Below are positions 27,650 to 38,087 of a stretch of DNA of 64,000 bases, piece by piece. The first letter of the stretch is position 1; every line of letters begins with the position of its first letter. The notes under the pieces are model-generated. The model made no database searches and was not told where the DNA came from. It saw only the letters and a program-made list of their open reading frames with translations. This DNA is from Lysobacter sp. Lineage in GTDB: Bacteria; Pseudomonadota; Gammaproteobacteria; Xanthomonadales; Xanthomonadaceae. A program made the translations under genes and the position numbers. The stretch spans positions 35,742 through 99,741 of the forward strand of contig JASLDW010000092.1 of the NCBI GenBank assembly GCA_030151365.1, read 5' to 3'.

Positions 27650-30600
27650 GCCGCGTCCTCCGCATCGTCGCGTTCCGGCAATTCGATGCCGACGATGTCG
27701 ATCGATATCGGTTCCGCCCTTGTCACCGCCCCGTAGATCGCGCCGGCCAGGCGTGCGAATTCGCCCAGGCTTGCCGCATCTGCAAAGGGATCGCGTCCAC
27801 GCAATGCCAGCTGCAAGGCTGCGCTGCCGCCTTCCGCCCAGCCGCGTCCGCCGCTGTTCCCGTTCCATCTGGCGGCGGCGGCGCGCATGCCGCGCTGCCG
27901 GTCCTCGTCCACGAACAGTTCCCATCCGCTGTAGGGCGCGAACGGCAACGGCCGGCGCAACCCTTCCTCGCGAATCGCCAAGAGGACACGCAAGGCATCG
28001 ATCGCCATGGCCCGGTCCATCGCCGCGCGCGGATACACACCGATACCCCTGTCCTTGTCATCGTGCAGTTCCACGAGCGGCAATTCGATGCCTGCAGCGC
28101 TCGCGAGCAACCAGTCGAGGCCGTTGCGAATCGTGGACGGCCCGTTCGGCGCGCCAAGGCGAATCCGCGCGACGCCCCGCGGCCAGGCATCGGCGATGCG
28201 CCCATGCAGGCGCAGGCCATCGACGGCGACTTCCGCCGTCATCGCTTTCGCCACGGCATCGCCACGCCAATCCTTGAACGCGCGCGCATACGGATCGATT
28301 TCCGCGACCAGTTCATCCAGCACGCGGCGTCCCGGCGCCCCCGAAGGCAACAGGCCCCGCGCCCGCAACGATGCCTGCAATGTCGACGCGTTCGCGCCTT
28401 CGATCAACCCATCGAATACGGCGCGTTGCAGGCGATGACGCTGCAATCCGTCCGCCGGCGCCTGCAACGGCTCGATGTCCTCGCCCGCCCCTTCGATCCG
28501 GGGCAGGCGCAATTGCAGGCGTTGTTCCAGGAAAACTCCGGCCGGGTCCAGCAGGAAGCGCCGCAAGGCATCCAGCGGCAATTCGCTTTCCTTGTCCATC
28601 GCCGGTGCGAATGCCTCGGCATCCATCCACGGCGCCACGCGCGTGCGTGCGCTCGAAAGCCCGGTTGCCGCAGGTCGCCAATCGCTGCGATAGCTGAAAA
28701 AGCGATCGTCGCCGGCGCCGAACGCCTCCGGCGAAAACGGCTGCAATGCATGATGCAACACCCGCTGCTTCTCCGACTGCCCGTCGCAAGCCTGCGCGGC
28801 GGCCAGCAATTCCGTCACCAGCACCGAGGGTTCACGCACGCTGCCATCGCGCGGATCGGCGCCCAGCCAGCTCAGGTAGAACACGTCCTGCGCCGAGGCG
28901 AACAGTTGCAGGAAGAGGAAGCGATCGTCGTCGCGGGTCGAGCGATCCCCGCGCCGGCGTTTGTCGCTGCCGAGTTCGGCGGTGAGGCGATTGAGCCCGG
29001 CGGCGGGATCGCGGCGCGGGAAGTCGCCATCGTTCATGCCAAGCAGGCAGATCACCCGGAACGGCAGCAGGCGCATCGGCACCATCCGCGCGAAACTGAC
29101 GCCACCCGTGAGCAGCGGCGCGCGGGTATCCGACTCGCCCAGTTCCGCGGTGAAATGCGCTTGCACGACTTCGCCACGGATCGGTTCGGCGTAACCAGCA
29201 CGTTCGGCCTGTTCCGCGAACGCATTGATCGCCGTGCGCAGCCGATCCAGCGCGCGCTGTCCCTGTGCGGTCGGCGGTGGGCGTGGCAGGAGTGCATCGA
29301 GCAAGGCCAGCAGGTGTTCGCGCCATCGCGCCGGCGTCGTCGCCTCGCCGAACAGGCGCTCGTGCTTCGCGAGCACCCGCAACAATCGCAACACGGCATC
29401 GAAGGCATCGAGCGCGCTGCCTTCCAGTTCCGTCCACGGCGCGACGCCGGCAATCTCTTCATCGCTGCCGCTGGCGTGACCGAGCAGCAGGCGATCGAGC
29501 GCGAACTGCCAGGTGTAGGCGTCATCGGCAGGCGCGCCGTTGCGCGCACGATGCGCGGCATCGATGCCCCAGCGCGCGCCGGCGTCCCGCAGCCATGCGC
29601 GCAGGCGCTCGAAGTCGCCGGCGTCGAGTTGCGCGGCTTCCGCCAACGGCGCGCTCGCCAGCAGGTCGAGGATGTCCTCCAGCCCGAAACGCGAGGCCGG
29701 CAACGCCAGCAGGCGCAGGAACACCTCAGCAAGCGATTCTTCCGCGAGCGGACTGGCATCGGCGACTGCGTAGGGAATCGCATCGCCTTGGCGCTGGCCG
29801 CCGAACACCGCATCGAGATAGGGCAGATAGGGATCGATGTCCGGCGCCATCACCGCGATCTCGCGCGCCTGCAGCGGCGGATCGAAACGCGGGTCGTCGA
29901 ACAGCGCGCGCAGGCGATCGTGCAGCACCTGCAATTCGCGCAAGCGCGTGTGGCAGGCGTGGAACTGCAGGCTGGGATCATTGTCGATCCGCGCCTCAAC
30001 CGCAGTCGCCGCGCGACGATGGAAGAGATCGCCCTGCATCCGCCGCAACAGGCCATCGTGCAGATCGCCGCCACCTTGCGCGGGATCGGCATAGGCGTTG
30101 ATTTCACCGGAGGGATGCACCACCTCGCCGCTGCCGATCAGGGCCATGAAGTCGCGTCCGGCCGCGCCCCAATCGCGCAGCAACGGGTTCTCGTTGGCAT
30201 CGGCGAAGGGATCCTCGCCCGCGCGCAGGCGCGCGCCCAGCGATTGCAGGTCGCCCCAGTATTCCGCGCTTGGCGTCGGCGAATAGAAATGCAGGGTGCC
30301 GATCCGCGCCTGCGTCGCGATCACCCGCAACACGTCGGGCGAGACGTTGAGCGTGGCGAACACGAACAGTCGCGACGGCAAGCCGGTCGGCAGCGCCTCG
30401 CCACTGGCGAATCGCGCCAGATAGTCCTGGATGCGGCGCGCGCGATGCGCATGCCCCGAGGCGACCGCGCGCCACAGGATCGCCTGCGGATCCCCGGGGT
30501 CGGCACCGTCTTCCCAACGCAACAGCCAGTCGCGCCGCCACGCCTGGTATTTCTCGAAGACATTGGCGAGTTCGCCGGCCAGCGCCCACGGCTTCACCGC

Positions 30601-30981
30601 GTCGCCATCGGCGAGATAACTGGAGAGCTGCGCCAGCGCCGGTCGCGCCATCAACACCGGATCGCGCAACGCCGCGTACACGCGCCAGCGCAGGGTCGCC
30701 GCATCGAGGTCGTCGTCGCTCGGACCGAGATTGGCCTCGAGCGCGCGCGCGACGAATTCGCCCGGTGTGAGGAATTCCAGGTTGGCGGCGATGCTGTGGC
30801 GCTGCGCCAGCGTCGCCTGCAGCCAGCGCCGCATCGCGACTTGCGGGATCAGGATGATGTCCGGCGCCAGCAGCGACTGTCCGTCGGCCGGCGTCCGCAA
30901 CGCGTCCGCGAGCAATCCCGCCAGCACGTCGAGCGCGTTCGAGTGGTAGAGGCGGAAGTCGGGCGCGGCGGTTGAGCTCAT
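27646..30981 (-). CDS. recC: Exodeoxyribonuclease V gamma subunit
   Basis: FRLYHSNALDVL, NPLL..WG, PMRLLPF, HALQPFS; coupled to recB. Confidence 0.95.
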   Translation of the reverse strand: MSSTAAPDFRLYHSNALDVLAGLLADALRTPADGQSLLAPDIILIPQVAMRRWLQATLAQRHSIAANLEFLTPGEFVARALEANLGPSDDDLDAATLRWRVYAALRDPVLMARPALAQLSSYLADGDAVKPWALAGELANVFEKYQAWRRDWLLRWEDGADPGDPQAILWRAVASGHAHRARRIQDYLARFASGEALPTGLPSRLFVFATLNVSPDVLRVIATQARIGTLHFYSPTPSAEYWGDLQSLGARLRAGEDPFADANENPLLRDWGAAGRDFMALIGSGEVVHPSGEINAYADPAQGGGDLHDGLLRRMQGDLFHRRAATAVEARIDNDPSLQFHACHTRLRELQVLHDRLRALFDDPRFDPPLQAREIAVMAPDIDPYLPYLDAVFGGQRQGDAIPYAVADASPLAEESLAEVFLRLLALPASRFGLEDILDLLASAPLAEAAQLDAGDFERLRAWLRDAGARWGIDAAHRARNGAPADDAYTWQFALDRLLLGHASGSDEEIAGVAPWTELEGSALDAFDAVLRLLRVLAKHERLFGEATTPARWREHLLALLDALLPRPPPTAQGQRALDRLRTAINAFAEQAERAGYAEPIRGEVVQAHFTAELGESDTRAPLLTGGVSFARMVPMRLLPFRVICLLGMNDGDFPRRDPAAGLNRLTAELGSDKRRRGDRSTRDDDRFLFLQLFASAQDVFYLSWLGADPRDGSVREPSVLVTELLAAAQACDGQSEKQRVLHHALQPFSPEAFGAGDDRFFSYRSDWRPAATGLSSARTRVAPWMDAEAFAPAMDKESELPLDALRRFLLDPAGVFLEQRLQLRLPRIEGAGEDIEPLQAPADGLQRHRLQRAVFDGLIEGANASTLQASLRARGLLPSGAPGRRVLDELVAEIDPYARAFKDWRGDAVAKAMTAEVAVDGLRLHGRIADAWPRGVARIRLGAPNGPSTIRNGLDWLLASAAGIELPLVELHDDKDRGIGVYPRAAMDRAMAIDALRVLLAIREEGLRRPLPFAPYSGWELFVDEDRQRGMRAAAARWNGNSGGRGWAEGGSAALQLALRGRDPFADAASLGEFARLAGAIYGAVTRAEPISIDIVGIELPERDDAEDAA

Positions 30982-31126
30982 CGATGGCGACATTGTGCCG
31001 GAGCCCCATCGCGCCGATTGAGACCGCCGCGGCGCAGCGCAAACCGTGTCCATGGGCACATTGGCGGGGTTCCATTCAGCTTGGCCCACGCACTCTGTAG
31101 TCTCCGGGGAATTCTGTCCATTACGC

Positions 31127-31915
31127 GTGCGCGATCTAGCCGTCCCTGCCGTCCAGCTGACCGACCTGCGCCTGATGCGCGGCGGCCGCGTGGTGCTGGA
31201 CGACATCAACTTGGTCGTGCCGCGCGGCAGCGTCACCGCCGTGCTCGGTCCATCGGGCAGCGGCAAGTCGACGATGCTGGCCGCGCTCACCGGCGAACTC
31301 GCGCCCGGCGCCGGTTCCGTCAAGTTGTTCGGAAACCCCGTGCCGCAGGATCCTCGTGCTTTGCTGGAATTGCGCAAGCAGGTTGGCGTGCTGCTGCAGG
31401 GCAATGGCCTGCTGACCGATCTCACCGCCGCCGACAATGTCGCGCTGCCGCTGCAGGCGCATGCCGACCTGCCCGGACCCGTGATCGATCGCCTGGTGGC
31501 GATGAAGCTTCACGCCGTCGGCTTGCGCAACGCTGCCGATCTTTATCCCCGCGAACTCTCGGGCGGCATGGCCCGCCGCGTCGCACTCGCACGAGCAATC
31601 GCGCTCGATCCGCCACTGATGATCTACGACGAACCGCTGACCGGCCTCGACCCGATCGCATCGGGCGTGATCATGAGCCTGATCGCCCGCCTCAACGCCA
31701 CGCTCGGGCTCACCAGCATCATCGTCAGCCACCACGTCCACGAAACCCTGCCGATCACCGACCAGGCGGTGGTGATCGCCGATGGCCGCATCGTCTTCAC
31801 CGGCACGCCGGCGGAACTGCAGGCCAGCCACGATCCCTTCGTGCGCCAGTTCCTCGATGGCGCGCCCGACGGCCCCATTCCCTTCGACGCCGCGGCGCGG
31901 CCGGTGGCGGCATGA
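31127..31915 (+). CDS. mlaF: Mla ABC transporter ATPase (start approximate)
   Basis: GPSGSGKS, LSGGMARRVALARA, YDEP.TGLDP. Confidence 0.9.
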   Translation: MRDLAVPAVQLTDLRLMRGGRVVLDDINLVVPRGSVTAVLGPSGSGKSTMLAALTGELAPGAGSVKLFGNPVPQDPRALLELRKQVGVLLQGNGLLTDLTAADNVALPLQAHADLPGPVIDRLVAMKLHAVGLRNAADLYPRELSGGMARRVALARAIALDPPLMIYDEPLTGLDPIASGVIMSLIARLNATLGLTSIIVSHHVHETLPITDQAVVIADGRIVFTGTPAELQASHDPFVRQFLDGAPDGPIPFDAAARPVAA

Positions 31916-32667
31916 CGCCGATCACCGACATCCTGCGTTCGCTGGGACAGGCCGGGCTGTTCGCCGCCAGCGTCCTGCGCGCGTCGTTCCCGCCGACGCG
32001 CGACATGGGTGCGGAGTTCGTCCGCGAGATCTACAAGATCGGCGCGCGCTCGTTGCCGATCATCCTCGTCGGCGGCGCCTTCGTCGGCCTGTCGGTGACG
32101 CTGCTCGGCTATCGCGCGCTCGATACCTACGGCGCCAGCAACCAAGTCAGCGCGATGCTCGGCCTCGGCCTCTACCGCGAACTGGCGCCGGTGCTGACCG
32201 CGCTGCTGTTCATCGGTCGCGCCGGCTCGTCGATCGCCGCCGAACTCGGATTGATGCGCGCCACCGACCAGATCACCGCGCTCGGCCTGATGGCAATCGA
32301 TCCGGTCGCGAAAGTCGTGGTGCCGCGCTTCTGGGCGGCGGTACTGGCGGTGCCGCTGCTGGTCGCGTTCTTCTGCTCGGCCGCCATTGCTGCAGGCTGG
32401 TTCGAGTCGGTCCACGTGATCGGCCTCGACGGCGGCACCTTCTGGCAGGTGATGAAGGATGCGGTCGACGTGCGCCACGATTTCCTGCCGGCCTTCCTCA
32501 AGGCCGCGGTGTTCGGTGCGACCGCGGCGCTGGTCTCGGCCCACGTCGGCTTCCACGCCGAACCGACCATCGAAGGCACCTCGGTGGCGACCACCCGCGC
32601 GGTGGTGAACGCCTCGCTGCTGGTGCTGATGTTCAACTTCGTGCTCTCGGCGCTGATGTTCCGATGA
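31912..32667 (+). CDS. mlaE: Mla ABC transporter permease
   Basis: RELAPV...GRAGS..AAELG.M..TDQ, ATTRAVV. Confidence 0.93.
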   Translation: MTPITDILRSLGQAGLFAASVLRASFPPTRDMGAEFVREIYKIGARSLPIILVGGAFVGLSVTLLGYRALDTYGASNQVSAMLGLGLYRELAPVLTALLFIGRAGSSIAAELGLMRATDQITALGLMAIDPVAKVVVPRFWAAVLAVPLLVAFFCSAAIAAGWFESVHVIGLDGGTFWQVMKDAVDVRHDFLPAFLKAAVFGATAALVSAHVGFHAEPTIEGTSVATTRAVVNASLLVLMFNFVLSALMFR

Positions 32668-32704
32668 GCATTCCATCCACTCTCTTCATCATGGAGATCC
32701 GGCC

Positions 32705-33238
32705 ATGAGCATTCGCGGCCCGCGCCTCGAATTCGCCGTCGGCGCCTTCCTGCTGCTCGCACTCGGCACGCTGCTGGTGCTGGCGTTCGCCTCCACCAAC
32801 GGCAAGTTCGGCATCGGTGGCAACGGCACCTATCCGCTGAAGGCGCATTTCTCCGCCATCGGCCAGTTGCGCCCGCAGGCGCCGGTGAAGATCGGCGGCG
32901 TCACCGTCGGCGCGGTTTCGGACATCCAGCTCGATCCGCAGAAGTACGACGCCGTGGTGACGATCGCCATGCAGTCGAAGTACAAGGACCTGCCGGCCGA
33001 CACCACCGCCGGCGTCTTCACCAGCGGCTTGCTCGGCGAGTCCTACATCGGCCTGACCCCCGGCGGCGACCCCAACGTGCTGAAGCCGGGCGGCGAGATC
33101 GCCTTCACCCAGCCGGCGGTCGACCTGCTCCAGCTGGTCGGCAAATACATGTTCAGCGGCGGTGGTGCCAAGCCGGGCAATGATGCGCCGGCCGCGTCCA
33201 CCGACGACGCCAAATCCTCACAGGAATCCAAGCCATGA
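32705..33238 (+). CDS. mlaD: MCE-domain protein
   Basis: N-terminal TM; IGQL...APVKIGGV.VG, TSGLLGE.YI. Confidence 0.93.
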   Translation: MSIRGPRLEFAVGAFLLLALGTLLVLAFASTNGKFGIGGNGTYPLKAHFSAIGQLRPQAPVKIGGVTVGAVSDIQLDPQKYDAVVTIAMQSKYKDLPADTTAGVFTSGLLGESYIGLTPGGDPNVLKPGGEIAFTQPAVDLLQLVGKYMFSGGGAKPGNDAPAASTDDAKSSQESKP

Positions 33239-33897
33239 CCCGCAATGTCCTTGCCGCCGCCCTCGCCGCGACGCTGGCCATCGCTACCCCGATGATCGCT
33301 GCTGCCGCCCAGCCTGCCGCCGCTGCCGGCGCGCAGCTCGGCGTGCCGAGCCAGATGGTGCTGTCCAACAGCCAGCGCGTCATTTCCACCCTGGAAAAGC
33401 GCCGTGGCGAATTCACCAGGAACCGTGCCGCACTGCGTGCCTACGTCACCAGCGAATTCAACCAGATGTTCGATCGCGACTACGCCGGCTGCCTGGTCCT
33501 CGGGCGCTTCTGCCGCACGGCGTCCCCGGCAGACGTCTCGGCCTTTTCGACCGCATTGGGCGACAGCCTGCTGCAGCGCTACGGTTCGTCGCTGCTTGAC
33601 TTCAATACCAAGCTGACCCCGCGGGTGAAGTCGGAAGCACCGCTGCCGAACAACCTCGGCGTGCGTGTCGTCAGCGAACTGGTGCGTAGCGGCGGCGACC
33701 CGGTGCCGGTGGTCTACTGGATGCACCAGGACAAGAAAACCGGACAGTGGAAGGTGTTCGATGTCCAGGTGGAAGGCGTCTCCTTCGTCCAGACCTTCCG
33801 CAATCAGTTCGAAGCGCCGCTGGCGCAGAAAGGCATCAAGGCCGTCACCCAGGATCTGGCCAGCGGCCAGATGCAGGCCGGCGCCAAGTCGAAATGA
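33235..33897 (+). CDS. mlaC: Periplasmic phospholipid shuttle
   Basis: Signal peptide; WKVFDVQVEGVSFVQTFRNQF. Confidence 0.9.
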   Translation: MTRNVLAAALAATLAIATPMIAAAAQPAAAAGAQLGVPSQMVLSNSQRVISTLEKRRGEFTRNRAALRAYVTSEFNQMFDRDYAGCLVLGRFCRTASPADVSAFSTALGDSLLQRYGSSLLDFNTKLTPRVKSEAPLPNNLGVRVVSELVRSGGDPVPVVYWMHQDKKTGQWKVFDVQVEGVSFVQTFRNQFEAPLAQKGIKAVTQDLASGQMQAGAKSK

Positions 33898-34178
33898 CCG
33901 GCGCGACCGCCAGCGTCGAATTGCAGGATGGACGCCTCGTCTTCGACGGGGCGTTGCTGCGTCCGGCCCTGGCCTCGTTGTGGCCGCGCTTGGCCAAAGC
34001 CGGTGCGATCACCGCCATCGACCTGAGCCGCGTCCCGCGCATCGACAGCGCCGGCATCGCCTTGGTCGGCTGGCTGGCGGACCGCCATCCACAAGCCGCA
34101 TTGACCGGAACGCCGACCGGCTACGAGGAGTTGCGAACCGCCTATCGCCTCGACGACCACTTGCGTTTCGAGCGCTGA
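33894..34178 (+). CDS. mlaB: STAS-domain protein
   Basis: IDLSRV.RIDSAGIAL; operon position. Confidence 0.88.
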   Translation: MTGATASVELQDGRLVFDGALLRPALASLWPRLAKAGAITAIDLSRVPRIDSAGIALVGWLADRHPQAALTGTPTGYEELRTAYRLDDHLRFER

Positions 34179-34200
34179 CCCCCAACTGCTTCGTATCGCC

Positions 34201-35214
34201 ATGATCCACGCCCACGCCCTGCCCCGAGTCCTTGCCGTCGTGTTCGCGCTGGCGTTGTCGGCCTGCGTGCAACAGGGCGGCACGCGCAGCGATGCCGCAT
34301 CGACCGGCACCGTGGTCCCGGCGCAGGACGTTGCGCCTGCGGCGACGGTCGCGCCAGCGGTTCCGGAAGCAACGGCATCCGCATCTGCCCCAACCGCGAC
34401 CGCGGAGCCCGCGACGGCATCGGTCCCGGCGCAGAACTTCCCGGCCGCGAATACCGCGCCCGCCGCCAGCGATGCCGACTACCAGGCGCTCTATGGCGAG
34501 ACCGGCGTCGCCAATGCCGACACCAAGGCCGGCGAGGGCACGTCGCAGCCCTGGGATCCATGGGAAAAGTTCAACCGCAAGATGCACGCGATCAACACCA
34601 CGGTCGACCACGCGATGATCCATCCGGTCGCGGTGACCTACGTGCACGTGGTCCCGCGACCGTTACGCACCGGCGTCAGCAATTTCTTCCACAACATCAC
34701 CGGCCCCAGCAACATCGTCAACTCGTTGCTGCAGGGCAAGCCCTCGCAGGCCGGCGATTCGCTGTTCCGTTTCCTGGTCAACAGCACCTTCGGCATCGGC
34801 GGCCTGTTCGACGTCGCCACCAAGATCCACATCCCCGACAAGAGCAACGATTTCGGCAAGACGTTCGCGACCTGGGGGTGGAAGAATTCGCGCTATCTCG
34901 AACTGCCGGTGTTCGGCCCGCGCACCGTGCGCGACGCCACCGGCATGGTCGGCGACATTCCGCTGACGCCGCTGCCGGCCAGTCGCAGCGTGGTCGGACA
35001 GGTGGCGTTGCGCACGATCAACGTGGTCAACATCCGCGCGCAATTGCTGTCCACCGACGCGTTGCGCGAAGGCGCGTTCGACGACTATCGCCTGCTGCGC
35101 GATGCCTGGTGGCAGCGCCGCAATTACCAGATCTGGGGCGAGAACAACCCGGACGCTTCGTCGCAATTGCCCGATTACCTGAAGATGCCGCCGGAACCGG
35201 GCAAGCCGGACTGA
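34201..35214 (+). CDS. mlaA: VacJ/MlaA lipoprotein with Ala/Pro-rich linker
   Basis: Lipobox LSAC; DPWEKFNR, NSTFGIGGLFD, DFG.T, GP.TVRD. Confidence 0.93.
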   Translation: MIHAHALPRVLAVVFALALSACVQQGGTRSDAASTGTVVPAQDVAPAATVAPAVPEATASASAPTATAEPATASVPAQNFPAANTAPAASDADYQALYGETGVANADTKAGEGTSQPWDPWEKFNRKMHAINTTVDHAMIHPVAVTYVHVVPRPLRTGVSNFFHNITGPSNIVNSLLQGKPSQAGDSLFRFLVNSTFGIGGLFDVATKIHIPDKSNDFGKTFATWGWKNSRYLELPVFGPRTVRDATGMVGDIPLTPLPASRSVVGQVALRTINVVNIRAQLLSTDALREGAFDDYRLLRDAWWQRRNYQIWGENNPDASSQLPDYLKMPPEPGKPD

Positions 35215-36588
35215 TCACTCGCGGTCGGGATCGACACCGTCCAGTCCAAGCAGCGGCTGGTCTTCGCCATCCTGCGGCAGGGCTTCGACGCCACGCAATT
35301 TGCGTTCGATCGCGCGACTGCGCACGCCGGTTTCCTCGATCTTGTTGCTGGCCTCGGCGAGCTTCTTCTTCACCGCATCGAGCGACGCGCCGAACTTGCC
35401 GAACTCGGTCTTGACCGCACCCAGCGTCTGCCACACCTCGCTGGAGCGCTTTTCGATCGCCAGCGTGCGGAAGCCCATCTGCAGGCTGTTGAGCACCGCC
35501 AGCAGCGTGGTCGGCCCGACCGGTGTCACGCGCAGGTCGCGCTGCAGCAGGTCGAACAGGCCGGGGCGCCGCAACACTTCCGCGTACAGACCCTCGGTCG
35601 GCAGGAATAGCAGGGCGAAATCGGTGGTGTGCGGCGGCTCGATGTACTTGTCGCGGATCTTCTTCGCCTCGTCGCGGATGCGCCGTTCCAGCGCTGCGCC
35701 GGCATCGTTCGCGGCCTCGGCATCGGCGCGCTCCTGCGCATCCAGCAACCGCTCGTAATCCTCGTGCGGGAACTTGGCGTCGATCGGCAACCACACCGCT
35801 CTGCCCTCGTGCCCACCCGGCAGGCGCACCGCGTATTCGACGCGTTCGCTGCTGCCCGGCCGCGTCACCACGTTGCCGGCGTATTGCTCCAGCGTCAGCA
35901 CCTGTTCCAGCAAGGCCCCCAATTGCACTTCACCGAAGGTGCCGCGGGTCTTGACGTTGGTGAGCACGCGCTTGAGGTCGCCGACGCCGGTCGCCAATTG
36001 CTGCATCTCGCCGAGCCCGCGCTGCACCGCTTCCAGCCGCTCCGACACCAGCCGGAACGATTCACCGAGGCGCGTTTCAAGCGTACTCTGCAGCTTCTCG
36101 TCGACTGTGGCGCGCATCTGCTCCAGCTTTTTCGCGCTGTCGTCCTGCAGCGCCTTGAGCTGGGTTTCCAGTGTCGCGCGCAGCTCGCCCAGCACTTGCG
36201 TGTTGCGTTCGGACAAGTCGCGCAGGCGATCCGACAACGCCTGCGAGAATTGCTGTTGCTGGCCGCGCTGTTCCTCGCGGCTCTTGCGCCCGTCCTCGGC
36301 GATGGCGATGCGGAATTCGTCGAGGCGGCGATCGGTGCGCTCGGTCAGGTCGCCGATGTTCTGCGCCAACGCCTGCTGGTGGCGCGATTGCGCCGCCGTC
36401 TGCTTTTCCAGCGAATCGCGCAACTCGCCGCGGCCTTCGCGCTGCTCGTCGCGCAGCGCGCGCTCGAGATCGTCGCGCAAGATGGCGAGGCCGGCGTCGG
36501 GTTTGCGCAGCAGCAACACGACCAGCAGCATGATCGCGATGACGACCGCGACCAGGAGAACGAGAACGAGCGTGGAAACTTCAGGCAT
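35215..36588 (-). CDS. rmuC: DNA recombination protein RmuC
   Basis: N-terminal TM, coiled coil, KTRG.FGE.QL, IDAKFP, FLPTEGLYAE. Confidence 0.93.
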   Translation of the reverse strand: MPEVSTLVLVLLVAVVIAIMLLVVLLLRKPDAGLAILRDDLERALRDEQREGRGELRDSLEKQTAAQSRHQQALAQNIGDLTERTDRRLDEFRIAIAEDGRKSREEQRGQQQQFSQALSDRLRDLSERNTQVLGELRATLETQLKALQDDSAKKLEQMRATVDEKLQSTLETRLGESFRLVSERLEAVQRGLGEMQQLATGVGDLKRVLTNVKTRGTFGEVQLGALLEQVLTLEQYAGNVVTRPGSSERVEYAVRLPGGHEGRAVWLPIDAKFPHEDYERLLDAQERADAEAANDAGAALERRIRDEAKKIRDKYIEPPHTTDFALLFLPTEGLYAEVLRRPGLFDLLQRDLRVTPVGPTTLLAVLNSLQMGFRTLAIEKRSSEVWQTLGAVKTEFGKFGASLDAVKKKLAEASNKIEETGVRSRAIERKLRGVEALPQDGEDQPLLGLDGVDPDRE

Positions 36589-36625
36589 GGCGGCAGTGTA
36601 GCCGCCGACGTCTCAGGCGCCGAGA

Positions 36626-37336
36626 TCAGCCTGCCGCAACTCCGAACAGATGGCCGATGCCCGCGGTCGCCGCCATCGCCGCCGCGCCCCAGAACAACAC
36701 GCGCAACGCGCCTTTCCACTTCGACGCGCCGCCGAGCCAGCCGGCCAGCGCACCGAGCACGGCCAGCAACAACAGCGTCGCGCCCGTGAGGACCCAGGTG
36801 AAGCCGGCATGACCTGCGAGCAGCCACGCCACCGCGATCGGCAGGAGCGCACCGACCGAGAATGCCGCGGCCGACGCCAGCGCCGCCTGCAGCGGATTCG
36901 CCGACAGGTGGCCGACGATGCCGAGCTCGTCGCGCAAGTGCGTGCCCAGCGCATCGTGCGCGGTCATCTCCACCGCGACCTGCGTCGCCAGTTCGCGCGA
37001 CAGGCCGCGCTGCATGTAGATGTGGGTGAGTTCCTTGAGTTCGGCGGCCGGCATTTCCTCCAGTTCGCGCCGTTCCTTTTCGGTATCGGCGCGCTCGGTA
37101 TCGGCCTGCGAACTCACCGAGACGTATTCGCCCGCCGCCATCGACAGTGCCCCGGCGACCAGCCCGGCCACGCCGGTCATCACCAGCGCGCGCGGCGATG
37201 CGCCGGCCGCGGCGACGCCGATCAGCAGCGAACTGGTGGAAATCAGGCCGTCATTGGCGCCGAGTACCGTCGCCCGCAGCCAGCCGATGTTGTCGCTGCG
37301 GTGGCCTTCGTGGTGGGAACGGGTGAGCTTGGCCAT
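36626..37336 (-). CDS. VIT1/CCC1-family Fe/Mn transporter
   Basis: WLRATVLGANDG, GALSMAAGEYVSVSSQ. Confidence 0.92.
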   Translation of the reverse strand: MAKLTRSHHEGHRSDNIGWLRATVLGANDGLISTSSLLIGVAAAGASPRALVMTGVAGLVAGALSMAAGEYVSVSSQADTERADTEKERRELEEMPAAELKELTHIYMQRGLSRELATQVAVEMTAHDALGTHLRDELGIVGHLSANPLQAALASAAAFSVGALLPIAVAWLLAGHAGFTWVLTGATLLLLAVLGALAGWLGGASKWKGALRVLFWGAAAMAATAGIGHLFGVAAG

Positions 37337-37426
37337 GGTCGGGTTGCGAAATCGGGACACGTCATTGTGCACTGCAGTCAGGCCTCCCTGATTGACAGGC
37401 CAGCCCGGCCATGCGAGTTTGCCGGC

Positions 37427-38068
37427 ATGGGGAATCGCGACAGCCGTCACATATCGTCTTCGGGCCGCCGGGGCAGCCTGTTCGTCATCGCCGCGTTCCT
37501 GCTGGCCACACAGGGGTGTTCTTCCGCCATGACTGCACCAACCGATCACACGCCTTCCGGCAACGCCGCGCCGTCGGACGACTTCACCAATACCGTCAAG
37601 GACTGGCCGTTCAAGTTTTTGCGTCACGACTTCAGCGCGCAATGTTTCAACACCCGCGACTGCAAGATCGTGTACTCGGGTTTTCCGCACCACTGGGACG
37701 AACCGCAGCGCTCCTGGCAGTCCTATGGCTACGGCCACGCCGAATTTTTCCAGTCCGCAGAATTGTCGATCGCCAATTTCCCGCCACCGGCGGTGCTGGA
37801 CTGGGTGGCGAAGGATGGAAGCTCGCATCACGCCACCGTCGACATGGCCGAGATTTTCAAGGACCGGCTGATTCGACACAACGTGCCAAGAGAAGAGGTG
37901 GCCGAGGGCGTGAGCATTGGCGATCCCACGATCGCGCTTGAAGTCGATGACCGCACCGTCAATGTCTACATGATTGCGCGCATCCCGACCAAACATCTGC
38001 AGATTCCAGGCAACAAATACAGCGATGTCCGCGAAGACATGATCAAGGTCTACAGCAAGACGTATTGA
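37427..38068 (+). CDS. Hypothetical lipoprotein, probable immunity protein
   Basis: Hydrophobic signal ending TQGC; 19 bp upstream of the DUF2235 gene. Confidence 0.75.
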   Translation: MGNRDSRHISSSGRRGSLFVIAAFLLATQGCSSAMTAPTDHTPSGNAAPSDDFTNTVKDWPFKFLRHDFSAQCFNTRDCKIVYSGFPHHWDEPQRSWQSYGYGHAEFFQSAELSIANFPPPAVLDWVAKDGSSHHATVDMAEIFKDRLIRHNVPREEVAEGVSIGDPTIALEVDDRTVNVYMIARIPTKHLQIPGNKYSDVREDMIKVYSKTY

Positions 38069-38087
38069 GTTCCTGAGGGGGGACGAA

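Noticed and set aside
35212..35217. mlaA and rmuC stop codons abut as TGATCA
   Set aside because: Ordinary compact convergent gene packing
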